A stretch of 64,000 nucleotides of DNA, taken from NCBI RefSeq assembly GCF_009914755.1, contig NC_060947.1. The stretch is one strand, 5' to 3'. The notes beneath the pieces are model-generated. The model saw nothing but the letters and a program-made list of their open reading frames with translations. It searched no databases and was not told the origin of the DNA. This stretch comes from the human T2T-CHM13v2.0 reference genome, Homo sapiens. Below, one piece after another: positions 13,430 to 27,640 of the stretch. How positions within the stretch are numbered: position 1 is the first letter of the stretch; every line of letters begins with the position of its first letter. Made by a program: the position numbers and the translations under genes.

Positions 13430-13862
13430 AGTACCATAATTGCTTGTCAGTGGATTTGTCTCTCAATTAGATCATGTATTCTTGGAGGTCACGGCTAACA
13501 TGTTTTTCTCTTTGTATTCCTAGTGCACAGAATACCTGGCAGATAGCATCTGACTCATTGAGCTGCACATAGCACCAAGTATTGCAGATAGAGTCAGGGT
13601 AGCATAGAGGTAATGAATGTGAGCTCCAGGACCAAATTGCCTGAGTCAGAATTCCGGCAACTATATTTATGTGTCACGTATCTTTGGACAAATGTCTTTA
13701 CCTCTCTACAGCTCAGTTTCATCATGTACAAAATGAAAAGTATCATCAAGTATCACACATAGAGTCAGGGTAGTATAGAGGTTTGTTTCTAAACACAAAT
13801 ATTATCCATAATGTTATTATTACTAATATAGTAGGTTTTCAATAAATATTTGTTGATTTATG
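13430..13862 (+). mobile_element. L2 3' end with nested MIR (~13595-13760)
   Basis: tttgtattcctagtgcacagaatacctggca, then MIR core ctcagtttcatcatgtacaaaatg, then L2 terminus atagtaggttttcaataaatatttgttga. Confidence 0.65.
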
Positions 13863-14384
13863 CTTTTCAACTTTTAATGGTATTAGTTATTTGTAATTAT
13901 TAATTTTTATTTAGAATTACATACTGGCCCTAAAGTGTCTAATGTAAATTGGCAGAGATAACTTTATTTGGATTAAACTGTGGCTTCCATAAGCTTGACC
14001 TAAATAAAAGCCTGGAACTATAAAAGCCATTCTCACAGGACACATCTGTGGCTCCTTTTAAATTGACTACTTCTCTGATTAATCTGAGACGTGATCAAAA
14101 TTTCCTTATAAAGACTTTGAGCCAAAAAGTGAAACAACTCTTTGTCCTGTGAAGGAAAGTTACGGATTAGAACGGAAAGCGGTTTTCTCATTTTTTGTAA
14201 TACATCTTTCTACCCCACCAGGCTAAGTTTCACATCATCAGGTACTAAATCGTATTCCCATTCTTAAGACCTAGCGTGATGTTTGTCATGCAATAGCTCT
14301 TATTAAGCTTTTGATATAAAATAAAGAGAAACCCCAGTTTCCATTTCCCACTGAAAAGAGCCTTTGGGGAGGAGAAAGTGAGTT

Positions 14385-14597
14385 AATATTTATTGAGCTC
14401 TTAATGTGGGTCATATCGTTTGCTAGATATGTAACAAAAAGTCATTTGAATCCTTACCAAAACCCTGATTTATAATCCTTCTTTTGCAAAAGGGAGACTG
14501 AAACTGAGAGAGGTCACATGAATTACTCAAGTCTGCATTATAAACAATTAAGGAGCCAGTATGCTTCCAAATCCAAAGTCTATGCTCTTTCCACCAA
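14385..14597 (-). mobile_element. MIR
   Basis: atttattgagctctta...gaaactgagagaggtcacatga...tccaaagtctatgctctttccacc. Confidence 0.7.
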
Positions 14598-14949
14598 CGT
14601 ATTTGACTGTATTTTAATACTAACTCTGGACTGAACATTTTTACAGATCAACAACTGTATTAAAAGAAAACAAATTATTAAGAGTATCGGCAAGTTAATT
14701 ACAAAAATAATCAGTGGCACTATTTTAAATTTGCATTAATGTTACTTAAGACAGTTATGGTTCATCTCTGTTGAAAAACATTGAAATGTGTCAGAGAATC
14801 AATTAGGAGCATCTGCTACTTATAACAAACTTAAAACATTTTATGTCTAAGTCAGATACGGATGATTTTAGATTACGTCAGAAAATGTGTGTTGGATTTC
14901 AATGGCTGGAACATAAAACATAACTGTGGGAACATTCTGGGATTTTTTG

Positions 14950-15470
14950 AAATACAAGTCTGTCATGTCATCTCCTTGCTCCCCCGTTTCCCTGCCCCAG
15001 TGGCTTCCACACTTCTTAATAGATGTTTTAATGTTCTCCAAAGGTTTGAATTTGAGCCCATCTCTGCATCTCATGTCTTACCTTATCTCTCCTTCAAAAT
15101 CTCACCCCAGGCCTAACTGAAATTCCTTCAGTAAGTCATGCTCTCTCCTGCTTCAGGACCTTTACACATGTTGCCCTTCTGCTCCCCGACTTTAATCAAT
15201 TGACCCATCCTCATCCTTCAAGTCATCTCAGACAAAATATCCCCACCAAGCAAGACTTTCAGAAGCCCAAGGGTCAGGGTTGGGTGCTCAGACATGTTCC
15301 TCCATATCTGGTTATCTCTTCCCAGCATACCCTTCATCTCACTTTGTGGTTATCGTCAAATGATCTGTTTCCTTCCTTCCTTCCTTTCTCAATGGAGGGT
15401 GAGAACTACATTGCTCACCAGTGGCTCTCCAGTATCTCCTAAAATATCTAGCACACAGTATGTGCAACCT
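14950..15470 (+). mobile_element. L2
   Basis: tctgtcatgtcatctccttgctc...caggacctttacacatgttg...tatctagcacacagta. Confidence 0.65.
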
Positions 15471-15749
15471 ATGCATCTGTTGGTATAATTTCATGGATAC
15501 ATAAGTAAAATATGGTGACTTCACAATTAAGAAAAATAGCAGGTATCTGTATAATATTAACATATGATTACTGATGTTAATGGTAGGTTTATTCCAGATA
15601 GTAAAATATAAGCAGATTAAAATCTTAGTTACAGATTTACAGGACGGGAAAAGGCCTTAGAAAATCACCAAGTTTAACTTGGTTTTCCAAAAATGGAAGC
15701 TGGGGCTGAAGAAGTAGAATAATTGAGCCTGATTGCATGGCCTCTTAGA

Positions 15750-15990
15750 CCATCAACAAATATGTATTCACTGGACATCTAATAGATGGCTATTAAGCAC
15801 TCCACTAGGCACTGGCAGGTGAGGGGAGAGGAGACCAGCCAAGAACAAAATTCCTGCCACAGAGATAATACAGTCTAGTTGGAGAAACAAGACCTTCATA
15901 TGTCAAACAATTAAAGGACAAAGAGAAACTATGTTATTAAGTGCTAAATTAGGCAGAAGAGACAATAAATGCTATAGCCATTCAAAATAT
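15750..15990 (-). mobile_element. L2
   Basis: caacaaatatgtatt...actaggcactgg...acagtctagttggagaaacaagac antisense L2 3' end. Confidence 0.6.
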
Positions 15991-16453
15991 AGGAAAGATA
16001 AACAACCAAATGAGCTCAGATTGATCACTTACTGCCTCGTGACTCCTCTTGGAATTCCTCCTTGTTTTGATGACTGACTGTCTCCCATGTCATGACCAGC
16101 CCTTTAGGGAAAGGGATATTTTTGTTGCTCTCATACTTCCTTATCATGGATAATTAATTATCAGTTGAAGGAAACTGACTTATGCTGTCACTTGGGTTTT
16201 GGAAAAGAATCCTTCAAAAATCACAATATTCTCTTCTAGTCAATGATGTTAAGATTTCATCAAAATAAATGAATAAAATATAGCATTAATATTTTATCAC
16301 ACACCCCCTGCAGGCCTATGCATCTTAAAAAAAAAAAAAAAAAAAAACAGCAACTGGCTGCTTTTGTCTACTTAACTAATACATCGCTCTTTAGAATTGT
16401 GACCTCAAGTTCCCTTGCAAATTTCGTCTACCTGATCCTCCAATTATAACATC

Positions 16454-16543
16454 TCACTATCCTCAGTAAGCTTCAGAAATTATGAAATTACATAATTTCA
16501 TATCACTATCCTCAGTAAGCTTCAGAAATTATGAAATTACATA
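16454..16543. repeat. 41-bp tandem duplication with 8-bp spacer
   Basis: tcactatcctcagtaagcttcagaaattatgaaattacata at 16454-16494 and 16503-16543. Confidence 0.95.
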
Positions 16544-16626
16544 TATATGTATATATATATATGTATATATGTATATATATGTATATATATATATGTGTGT
16601 GTGTGTATATATATATATATACATAT
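16541..16626. repeat. (TA)n/(TG)n compound microsatellite
   Basis: Directly visible. Confidence 0.95.
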
Positions 16627-16854
16627 TCTTGATCATCCCTTTAATTTACCAGGAATCTTCTAGGAGTTCCTATCACTTCCAGAAGCTGGGGTAGGTGAGG
16701 GAGGACCAGGGAGATAACAGGCTATATTTTCCCTATGAATATGTGATTTCTTCATACTCCACAATGTCTCAAAGCCAAGGAAGAAAATGATCAATACTCT
16801 CAATATTCAATACTGTCGCTTAAACTCAATATCTTGTTCTTTTCAAACATCCTA

Positions 16855-17075
16855 ATCTTCCCAGGCAGAATTAGTCACCCCACGCTCTGTACACCTGCAG
16901 TTCTCTATGGAAATATCCCAAGATATTTCACATAGAGCTGAACTGTAACGATTTATCACTGAGTTTTTCCTTTGTTAACGTATATTTTCTTGAAAGCAGA
17001 TCTCTGCAGTGTACTTTTTACTCCAACTAACTGCCCGACACATAGTAGACCCCAAACATGTTTGGCATGAATGAA
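16855..17075 (+). mobile_element. L2 3' end
   Basis: gcccgacacatagtagaccccaaacatgtttggcatgaatgaa. Confidence 0.6.
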
Positions 17076-17539
17076 GACAGCCGTCATTTGAGTTTAATTT
17101 TCATTAAATGTGCTTAATTCTTAAGCAACTTTTTTAACAGTGGTCCGAGCTAATTGGTTTTCTGACATAGGCAGTCTCATTTCGAATGGATCATATTCCT
17201 TTTCAGGAAAGTATATTTTAAAGGTACTATAACATGGGTATTTAAACAGAGATAAAATGAGAGTTCTAAAATTATGAGCCCTAGGCCACCAGAGAATATA
17301 GTACAAATTTATAGAGTGAACCAGGTTTTATCAAAGCTTTCCCTTGGAAAATACTGGCTCGCTTTCCTCCTGGAAGGCTCTGCTCTGCTCAGTGGCCTGG
17401 TATCCTGAACATTGACTTGACCTGTTTTGAGGTGTTAGTCTGACCCTGAAGTTTAACCAATAAAATATTCATGACCTCCTCTAAGGTACATAGATTTTTA
17501 TTAGTTTTATATGGTATATACACACTATGTAGAAAAAAA

Positions 17540-18000
17540 ATACAACGGCATGATTCAGATGGATTGGCACCTTATGGTGACTGGGCCAATAAACAGAGAA
17601 TGCAGTTTAATGTAGACAAATGTAAAATAATAAGTCTAGAGACAATGAACCAAAACAGAAAGTCTGTATTAAGCCATAGCAATGCAATGCAGTGATCAGG
17701 AAAATGATTTGGGGATTTTTGAATGATAATGCTAGAAGCCAGAAGATCAGAATTGTTTGCTAGCTGAGCAATAGGCTTATGTGATGCACAGAATACAAAT
17801 CAAATTATATGGTGGCAATACAGTGAAAACAACAGAGCATGTGACTCTGTCACCATTTCAACACAGAGAATTAAGCACAACCAACTTCAAGTTGGTTGGT
17901 TACAGAGAACTACGGCAGCTAAATATATTTAAGTCAGATATTAGGAAAAGCTTCCTGCCTCAGTGGGCTGTGAAACATTAAAATTACTTAAAAGGACAAT
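17540..18000 (+). mobile_element. CR1/L3 LINE ORF2 C-terminal remnant
   Basis: Translations DWANKQRMQFNVDKCKIISL and FKSDIRKSFLPQWAVKH match CR1 motifs W...W.M.FN..KCK and F..D.RK.FF..RV...WN. Confidence 0.75.
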
Positions 18001-18034
18001 AGCAGTATCTCATTTTTATGTGACCTTTTTCCAT

Positions 18035-18218
18035 TTTTAGTGTTTTCACACTAACAACCTTATTTGCTCCTCACCATAAAGCTGTGGAGTGCATAGGAGA
18101 AATAGAATTTCCATTTTACAGAGAGTTAAACTGAGATTCAGTTGCCAAGGATTATAACAAAGACAGGATAGGACCCTAGAGTTTATAAATATCATTCTAG
18201 TGCTCTTTACCATGACAT
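18035..18218 (-). mobile_element. MIR
   Basis: tcctcaccataaagctgtg...ccattttacagagagttaaactgaga...ctagtgctctttaccatgac. Confidence 0.7.
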
Positions 18219-18429
18219 GTCTTCTCTAGGCATTGCCAAGGGAAAATTTGGAGTCGAGCTTTCAACAGATCTTTAAGAATCATATAGAAAGTTATACTGC
18301 CTCTAAGAAAGCAGAAGACTGATTTCATGTTTAGATACACCATCCCACAAGGATTGTGTAATTCAGCATGCTAAGTTACACACTTTGAGACCAGAAGAGT
18401 TGAAATGTCCTAACTATTCAGAGCAAGCA

Positions 18430-19588
18430 TAGCAGTATATTCCACAGATGGCCACCACAATGTCTCCCATCACAGGTGCTTCTTCAAAATGTGACCTTAA
18501 CATTATTCCTATCCAGAGATAGGGTATCTCTCCTGTCCTTTTGAATGTGGGTGGGCTTGTGACTTGTTTGTAACCAACAGAATGAGGTGGAAGTGACACT
18601 GAGTGTGGGTCACAGAAGGCAATGTAATTTCTGTCTCATCAACTGGAATGTTCTCTCTTGACTACTTCAACCACCATGAGGCTGCTGTGCTGTAAGGAAG
18701 CCCAGACTAGCTCATGAATAGAAACCACATAAAGAAAACTGAGGCTACAAGAAGAGAAAGGTTCCCAGGAAGGCCCAAGATGCTTCAGCCCCTTACTATT
18801 CCAGCTCCATGTCACTGCAAATATAGAGAGAGCTGGGGCCAAAACCACCCAACCAAGTCCTTCCTCAATTTCCTGACCCACATGAGAAATAATGAAATTA
18901 TTTTTGTTATGTTAAGCTATTAAGTTTAAGAGTGATTTATTATTATGATTTCAATTGTTTTGGGGCGAACAGGTGGTGTTTGGTTACTTGGACACATTCT
19001 TTAGTGATGATTTCTGAGATTCTGGTGAACCCATCACCCAAGCAGTATCCATGGCTAGAAGACTCGAAGACAGATCACATCACAGGACTCCGCGGACATT
19101 CCTCAGCATCAGTCCAGAGCCCGGTAGCCCTGCTGGGTGACCAGACCCAGTAAGGCAATAACAATCACTGCAATTCGGCTCTCAGGAAGCCCCATCTCTA
19201 GGGGAAGCGGGAGAGCACCACATCAAGGGACCACCCCGTGGGACAAAAGAATCTGAACAGCAGCCCGTGAGTTCCAGGCCTTTCCACTGGAACAGTCTAC
19301 CCAAACGAGAAAGAACCAGAAAAGTAATTCTGGTAATAGGACAAAACGAGGTTCTACAACACTCCCAAAAGAGCTCCCCAGCAATGGATCCAAACCAAGA
19401 AGAAATCTCTGAATTGCCAGATAAAGAATTCAGATGGTTGATTAGTAAGCTACTCAAGGAGGTACCAAAGAAAGGAGAAAAACAACTTAAAGGAATTAAA
19501 AAAAAAAAAAAGGATATGGATGAAAAAGTCTTCAGAAAAATGGATATCATTAAGAGTGATTTGTTATGGATCAATAATAACTGGAACA
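18430..19588 (+). mobile_element. MLT1F-like MaLR solo LTR, interrupted near its 3' end by an L1
   Basis: gatggccaccacaatgtctcccatc...gggcttgtgacttg...ttcctgacccaca; terminus gatttgttatggatcaataataactggaaca resumes at ~19550. Confidence 0.8.
18944..19549 (-). mobile_element. L1PB-like insertion: 3' end (-) joined to inverted 5'UTR/ORF1 piece (+)
   Basis: 18944-~19045 is antisense L1PB 3' end; ~19046-19549 is sense 5'UTR plus ORF1 (MDPNQEEISELPDKEFR); TSD ttaagagtgattt(a/g)ttat at 18926-18943 and 19550-19567. Confidence 0.85.
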
Positions 19589-19626
19589 GAATGCGAATGT
19601 TCTCAAGAGTGTAGGCATTTGGGGTC

Positions 19627-20361
<735 letters not shown>

Positions 20362-20380
20362 GTGTCTCGTCCAGGAAATA

Positions 20381-21165
20381 ATGTTTTTATAACTTTCACG
20401 ACCTGTCCTTGACACGCAATAAACTGCACATATTTAAAGTGAGTATCTGACAAATTTTGGCATACGTATATATTCGTGAAGCTGTCACTACAAAGGAGGG
20501 TATTGAACATACCCATCACCTCCATATCTTTCCTTACGTCCCTTTGTAATCCTTCCATTCTGCCCCTCTGTAACCCCTATCCCCAAGCACCAATAATCTG
20601 CAATTTTTTCACTAGAGATCAGTTTTCATTTTCTGGAATTTTATATAAATGAAATCATAAACTATGAACTCTTATTTTCCTCTGCCTTCTTTCACTCAGC
20701 ACAAGTATTATGAGATTCATATAAGTTGTGTGTATTCCATTGTATAGATATACCAAAGTTTGTTTATCTGTGCACGTGTTGATGGACAACGGGGTTATTT
20801 TCAGATTTTGGCTACTATGTCGAATACTGTTAGGAAAATTCATGTATAAGTCTATGTGTGTTATACGCTTTTATTTCACTAGATAAATACCTAGAAGTGA
20901 AATGTCTGGATTATATTGTAGGTACATGTTTAACTTTTTAAGATGCCACCAGTGTTTTCCAAAGTAGTTATATTGTTCTATGTTTCCACCAGCAGTGTAT
21001 GAGTTCCTGTTGCCCTATATCCTTAGCAATGGTAGACTTTTCACTTTGGGCCATTCTAATGGTTGTGTCATGATATCTCATTGTAATTTTAATTTGCATT
21101 TTCCTCGTGATTAACGATTTTCAGCATCTTTTCATTTGCTTATTTGTTAGGTCTTATAAGGCTTC
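20381..21165 (-). mobile_element. L1M (MB-ME) 3' end
   Basis: aataaactgcacatatttaaagtg...ccaccagcagtgtatgagttcc...tctcattgtaattttaatttgcatt. Confidence 0.85.
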
Positions 21166-21167
21166 CC

Positions 21168-21307
21168 TTTTTCTTAACCTTTATTTTAGGTTCAGGGGTA
21201 TATGTGAAGGTTGGTTACATAGGTAAACTCATGTCACGGGGTTTGTTATATAGATTATTTCATCACCCAGGTATTAAACCCAGTACCCAATGGTTATATT
21301 TTCTGCT
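21168..21307 (-). mobile_element. Short L1PA15/16-like 3' end
   Basis: tttattttaggttcaggggtatatgtg...gattatttcatcacccaggtattaa. Confidence 0.85.
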
Positions 21308-22319
21308 TAATGTAGGTTCATCATGCAAATAGATTTCTGGTGAGCCACCTACAAATTTATCGCACCTGCCTGACTCCAAACAATGGGTATAGCTTCGGTT
21401 TAAACCACAACCTGTTACATATCTACATAAGGCAACACATAGGAAAAGACAAAGAAGATACACCAAAAATGGTAAATTATTACCTCTGGGTGTTGGGATC
21501 ATAGGTGAGTCTTTTCTTCCTGCTTCTTGAAACTTTTCTGTTTTCTGAATGCTTATAGTGAGCAGGTATTGTTGTTGGCCTTTGGGGAAAATAATTAAAT
21601 GGGAGTAAATGTAGTCATACTCCTTGGATATACCAATATCCCAACAGCAGCCATGTTCTTGTTCCTTCTTCCACGAAGAAACCAAGTAGAGAATAACCAT
21701 TCGGTAGCCAATTCTTACTCATTTCCATGGCCAGTCACCTCCAATGAGGGCAACATTTGGCAGAGTATACTGTTCTCCCAGAGAATTGGGTCATGGGTGT
21801 GGGGTTCAGGAATTCAACAAATAGAAGAGCTGAAATTAGATGAAGTTTAGATGAGACTTGGCAACACCAACTCCTCCATGCAGAAGAGTTTTCATAGTCT
21901 GCAGATGCTAATAAAACTTAAAAAGTATGGCAACAAGGAACTGATCTGGAGCCTAACTGAGAGGCATGCATGCAGTATGTGTGCTGCAGGCATGTCTCAA
22001 TAAAGAGGTAACATTATTCTCTACTACCAATATTTTTAAAAGTCTTCTAGAACTAGTGTTTGAAAGGTGCTAGCCTTGAAGATCACCCATAATATTTCAC
22101 ACATACTTAGCTAAATATTGAACAGACTAACTCTCTAAAGGAATCTCCAGTAATTTTGACCCAAAGCTGCACATGGCGGCAGGCATTTGACTCCCTTTGT
22201 TTTACAAGCAGGGGTTTCAAGGAAAAGTTCTCTCTTCTCCACACCCCAGAGAGCCTATAGTTTGATTCTTACCCCAAAAGGGGAGATGGATTGATGAAGT
22301 TCAGATTTCTTACTAATGA

Positions 22320-23470
<1,151 letters not shown>

Positions 23471-23606
23471 TAGTTTTTGGACAATTTAGAGATAAAGGAC
23501 AACACTAAATTAGGAGATACATTGGCAGTAATAATACTTGTGGGTCTATAGAAATAAGTTAGAAACATTAATGAGATATGAATCAATTTATTAAGCCCTA
23601 AGTAGC

Positions 23607-23977
23607 TGCAATGGACTGAATGTTTATGTCCTCCCAAAATTCATGTTAAAATCCTAACCCTGAATGTAATAGTATTAGAAGATGGAGACTTTGCGGGAGT
23701 GATTAGGTCATGAGGGTAAAACCCTTAAGAACGGGATTAGTGTTCTTATAAAAGGGGCCCCAGAGAGATCCCTCTCCTCTTCCACCATGTGTAAGGTTAC
23801 TCTGGGAAGACATCTATGAGGAATTGGGCCCTCACCAGACACTGAATCTGCCAGTGCCTTGATCTTGGACTTCTCAGCCTCCAGAACTGTGAGATAAATT
23901 TCTGTTGTTTATAAAGCAACCATTCCATAGTACTTATGTACTTAGGTACTTACGGCAACCTAAGTTAGACTAAGACA
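23607..23977 (+). mobile_element. MLT1A/A0 MaLR solo LTR
   Basis: tgcaatggactgaatgtttatgtcc...agactaagaca; 5-bp TSD gtagc/gtagt. Confidence 0.88.
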
Positions 23978-24737
23978 GTAGTTACAAGAAGGCATAGCAT
24001 AGGTGGAATTACCAGCACAATGCAAACAGAGCACAAATACCTCAGCATAGTGCTAAGGCTCTTCATAAAAAAATACTTCCTAACAAAATAGACCAGCTTT
24101 CGTAGTACTTGGTAAAGCCACAATTGTGCAAGCTTCAGTCCCTACGTCCCAAAGCCCAAGTCAAAGTCTCAAAGACTACATTTCTCCATAATAAGCTCAA
24201 GCAGGAGCCACAGGAAAAAAGCAGGGTAATTTTAAGACTGGTTTAAAGGAAGCAACCTGTCCATGTGGTGTGTGCCTATGTGTGTCTGTGTGTGGGTTGG
24301 TGGACAGCATTGACCAGCAGTCTAAAGTGCAGTGTTCAAAAGTACTATGTTAGTGATTTCATGTAACATATATATATCCAGGGAGGGTGAACTGAGTGTG
24401 GTAGAAGACAGAAGAAGAATGAGATTTCAAACCAAGCATAGAAATAAATTTAGTTTGACATGCTGGGTGCACACAGTGAGATTGGAAGGGGGTTGGGAAT
24501 AGGGAAAAGGAAGCAGATCAGTGAGCATGCAGTGCCCGGAGCTCACACCAGACACGGTAGAGTTCATGTTCACAGTAATTCCAGACATCAATAACTAGTG
24601 GATGTGATGTTAATATAAGCTGCTTTCCTTGGTCAAGACTGGATAGAAAAATAAACTGGCTGAGTGTGCCAGTTGAAGACATCAGTGACTTCTACAGAAA
24701 GGGTCAGGGAAAGCAGATGCTGACATTCTCTAACCAG

Positions 24738-25480
24738 GTTTATTCATTCATGTATTCCCCTTTTTACTTTTTAAATATAAATTCTAATATCTGCAAAGTA
24801 CAGTGCTAGGTGGATAAAGAAATGAATAAGGCATGATTATTGCACTCAAGAGCTTTGAATACAGTTATCTCTCACGTACCTGAGTCACTAAAAAACCCAA
24901 ATTAAGGTTTTATGAGAATAATATGACAAACATACCACCAAAGCCGTGAGGCAGAAAAGAGCCCTTCTATTCAGAGGTGGGAACGTGGGAAATCAATGAA
25001 GAATTCAGGGCAACAGCATTTGAACTAAGGCTTCAAGGATGAATCAAAAGAGAAAAGGGGAAGAAGAACTGACATGTATAGAAAGAACAGGGCATAAGGA
25101 GGGACAAAAAGGCTGGAAAGTGCATGGTATGTTAGAGAAAAGTTCTCACACTTTAATGTGCCTACGAATCAACTGGGGAATATTGTTAAAATGCAAACTG
25201 GATTCAGTTGGGCCTATGTGTGGGGCCTGAAATCCTGTATTTCTAGCAAGATCCCAGGGAATGCCAATGCTACAGGTCCATGACAGGCCACCCTTTCTGT
25301 GGCAAGGTGATAGAGAAAATGTATACAAATATGACCACACTGAAGGGCACAGAGATTTAGAGTGTGTAATAAGGTTGATAACAGAGGTTGAGATTGGGTC
25401 ATGGGTAGCCTACAATATCATGCTAAGGAATGTAAAGGTTATTACAGTAAGTCCCGGACAAGCACTTAAATAGTGAGTAG
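24738..25480 (-). mobile_element. L2, interrupted by MER5
   Basis: ttattcattcat...acagtgctagg...gcatttgaactaaggcttcaaggatga antisense L2. Confidence 0.65.
25138..25307. mobile_element. MER5-family hAT-Charlie MITE
   Basis: ttctcacactttaatgtgc...ttgttaaaatgcaaactggattcagt...tgtatttctagcaagatcccagg. Confidence 0.8.
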
Positions 25481-25762
25481 TTTCCCTTGATTCATCAATA
25501 TCTTCTTCACATTGTTGACAGAAGTATCCTTTTTATAGTAAAAATATGATCTGGCCATTCATCTTCATAAAACCCTTTGGATTTAAAGAATGCTGGAGAA
25601 AAAAAAGTATCCAATGATTACGGTCGCTTGCTTGAGTGACTGGGCCAAAAAGTGATGTAGTTGACTGGGATTGGAAGCAAGGATTGAGAGAGAAAAGGCT
25701 GGGCAGGGAGTAGGAAAAGAGAGAGGGAGAAAGAAAGGAAATTAATTCACATCCTCAAAGTT

Positions 25763-25939
25763 CAGTGGTTCTCAACCATGACTTGACATTGGAATCCACA
25801 TGGTGGATTTTAAAAGTATTGATGCTTGGATATCACCTGCAGAGCTTCTGCTGTAATTGGTATGGGGAATGAACTACGTATCAAGATGTCTTAAAGTTCT
25901 TGCAGTGATTCTAATGTGCATCCAAGGTTGATGACCACA
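25763..25939. mobile_element. MER5A1-like MITE
   Basis: cagtggttctcaacc...gtgattctaatgtgcatccaaggttgatgaccaca terminal inverted repeats. Confidence 0.8.
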
Positions 25940-26134
25940 ATCTTAGCATCCCCAAAATATTAGGCATCTTGAAAATGATTCTCTCATTTTATTTTCACTG
26001 TAACTTGGTATAGAAACCTATCTCAAAAGGGGCTCCCACTGACCAAATATGGCACAATTTGAACCTCAAGAGAATACTACTAAAATGCATTGAAACACAT
26101 CAAACATCTTCTAAAAAATTCTATGTATTCATGA

Positions 26135-26287
26135 AGTTTCTTTTGGAGATGATGGAAATGTTCTAAAATTAAACTGTGGTGATGGTGCCACAACTCTGTA
26201 AATATACTAAAAACCATTGAAGTGTACATTTTAAAGGGGTTAATTTTATGGTATACAAATTAGATTTCAGTAAAGCTGTTAAAAACA
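26135..26287 (+). mobile_element. L1MB-like 3' terminus (nested in older L1MC-like fragments ~26010-27430)
   Basis: gtttcttttggagatgatggaaatgttctaaaatt...taaagctgttaaaaa. Confidence 0.75.
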
Positions 26288-26307
26288 ACCCAGGTATTCA
26301 TATGGTA

Positions 26308-27149
26308 ATTTTTTTATTATTATTACACTTTAAGTTCTGGGATACATGTGCAGGATGTGCAGGTTTGTTACACAGGTATACATGTGCCATGGTGGTTTGC
26401 TGCACCCATCAACCCATCATCTACATTAGGTATTTCTCCTAATGCTATCCCTCCCCCAGCTCCCCACGCCCCAACAGGCCCCAGTGTGTGATGTTCCCCT
26501 CCCTGTGTCCATGTGTTCTCATTGTTCAACTCCCACTTATGAGTGAGAACATATGGCATTTGGTTTTCTGTTCTTGTGTTAGTTTGCTGAGAATGATGGT
26601 TTCCAGCGTCACCCATGTCCCTACAAAGGACGTGAACTCATCCTTTCTTATGGCTGCATAGAATTCCATAGTGTATATGTGCCACATTTTCTTTATCCAG
26701 TCTATCATTGACGGGCATTTGGGTTGGTTCCAAGTCTTTTCTATTGTGAACAGTGCCGCAATAAACATACACGTGCATGTGTCTTTACAGTAGAATGATT
26801 TATAATCCTTTGGGTATATACCCAGTAATGGGATTGCTGGGTCAAATGGTATTTCGGGTTCTAGATCCTTGAGGAATCGGCACACTGTCTTCCACAATGG
26901 TTGAACAATTTACACTCCCACCAACAGTGTAAAACCATTCCTATCTCTCCACATCCTCTCCAGCATCTGTTGTTTCCTGACTTCTTAATGATCACCATTC
27001 TAACTGGTTTGAGATGGTATCTCATTGTGGTTTTGATCTGCATTTCTCTAATGACCAGTGATGATGAGCTTTTTTTCATATATTTGTTGGCTGCATAAAT
27101 GTCTTCTTTTGAGAAGTGTCTGTTCATATCCTTCACCCACTTTTTGATG
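26308..27149 (-). mobile_element. L1PA7/8-like 5'-truncated element
   Basis: T-rich tail, 3'UTR and ORF2 C-terminus ([28 protein letters not shown]; ORFs 26526-26897 and 26861-27136). Confidence 0.95.
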
Positions 27150-27429
27150 AATTTCTAAAACTCAGTGGTCATCTTTGGAGGTGTTAGTGAACCTACTCAC
27201 TGTTCTGAAACTGGCAGCTAAAGGGAAAGAATCAAGCATTTGCCCTGCTTTTCTGTCACAAAACTATACATCAAAGTTACCAAACAATTCATGAAAAAAA
27301 ATCTCATTTATAAGAAAAATTTCAGCTAATAAATGAAAAAGAATGATGGATTTGAGTGAGCAACTGTGAAAGTACTTATAAAACAATCAGGCAAATCTGA
27401 ACACTAACTGGATATTTGATGATATTTGA

Positions 27430-27640
27430 CTCAGCCACATAACAACTTGGGTGTATGAATTCACCTCTCTGCAACTCGGTTTCTTTATCGGTAAAATGCT
27501 TATAACAATGATAACTCGCTTATAAGATTTTTGTGAAAATTATCTAAGTTAATGTGTTTAAAAGGCTTAAAGTAGTGCCTGGCACATAGCAAGCATTCTA
27601 TTTGCTATTGCCACTACTATCATTGATATTATCATTATTC
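27430..27640 (+). mobile_element. MIR
   Basis: cacctctctgcaactcggtttctttatcggtaaaatg...agtgcctggcacatagcaagca. Confidence 0.7.

Noticed and set aside
16327-16348. Orphan poly(A) tracts (also ~29158-29179 and ~40973-40993) as processed-pseudogene tails
   Set aside because: No TSDs or upstream mRNA-like body; simple mononucleotide expansions are sufficient.
26526-27136. L1 ORF2-like ORFs (also 49281-49523, 53805-54026 and ORF1-like 19267-19614)
   Set aside because: Truncated, frameshifted retrotransposon remnants, not host genes.
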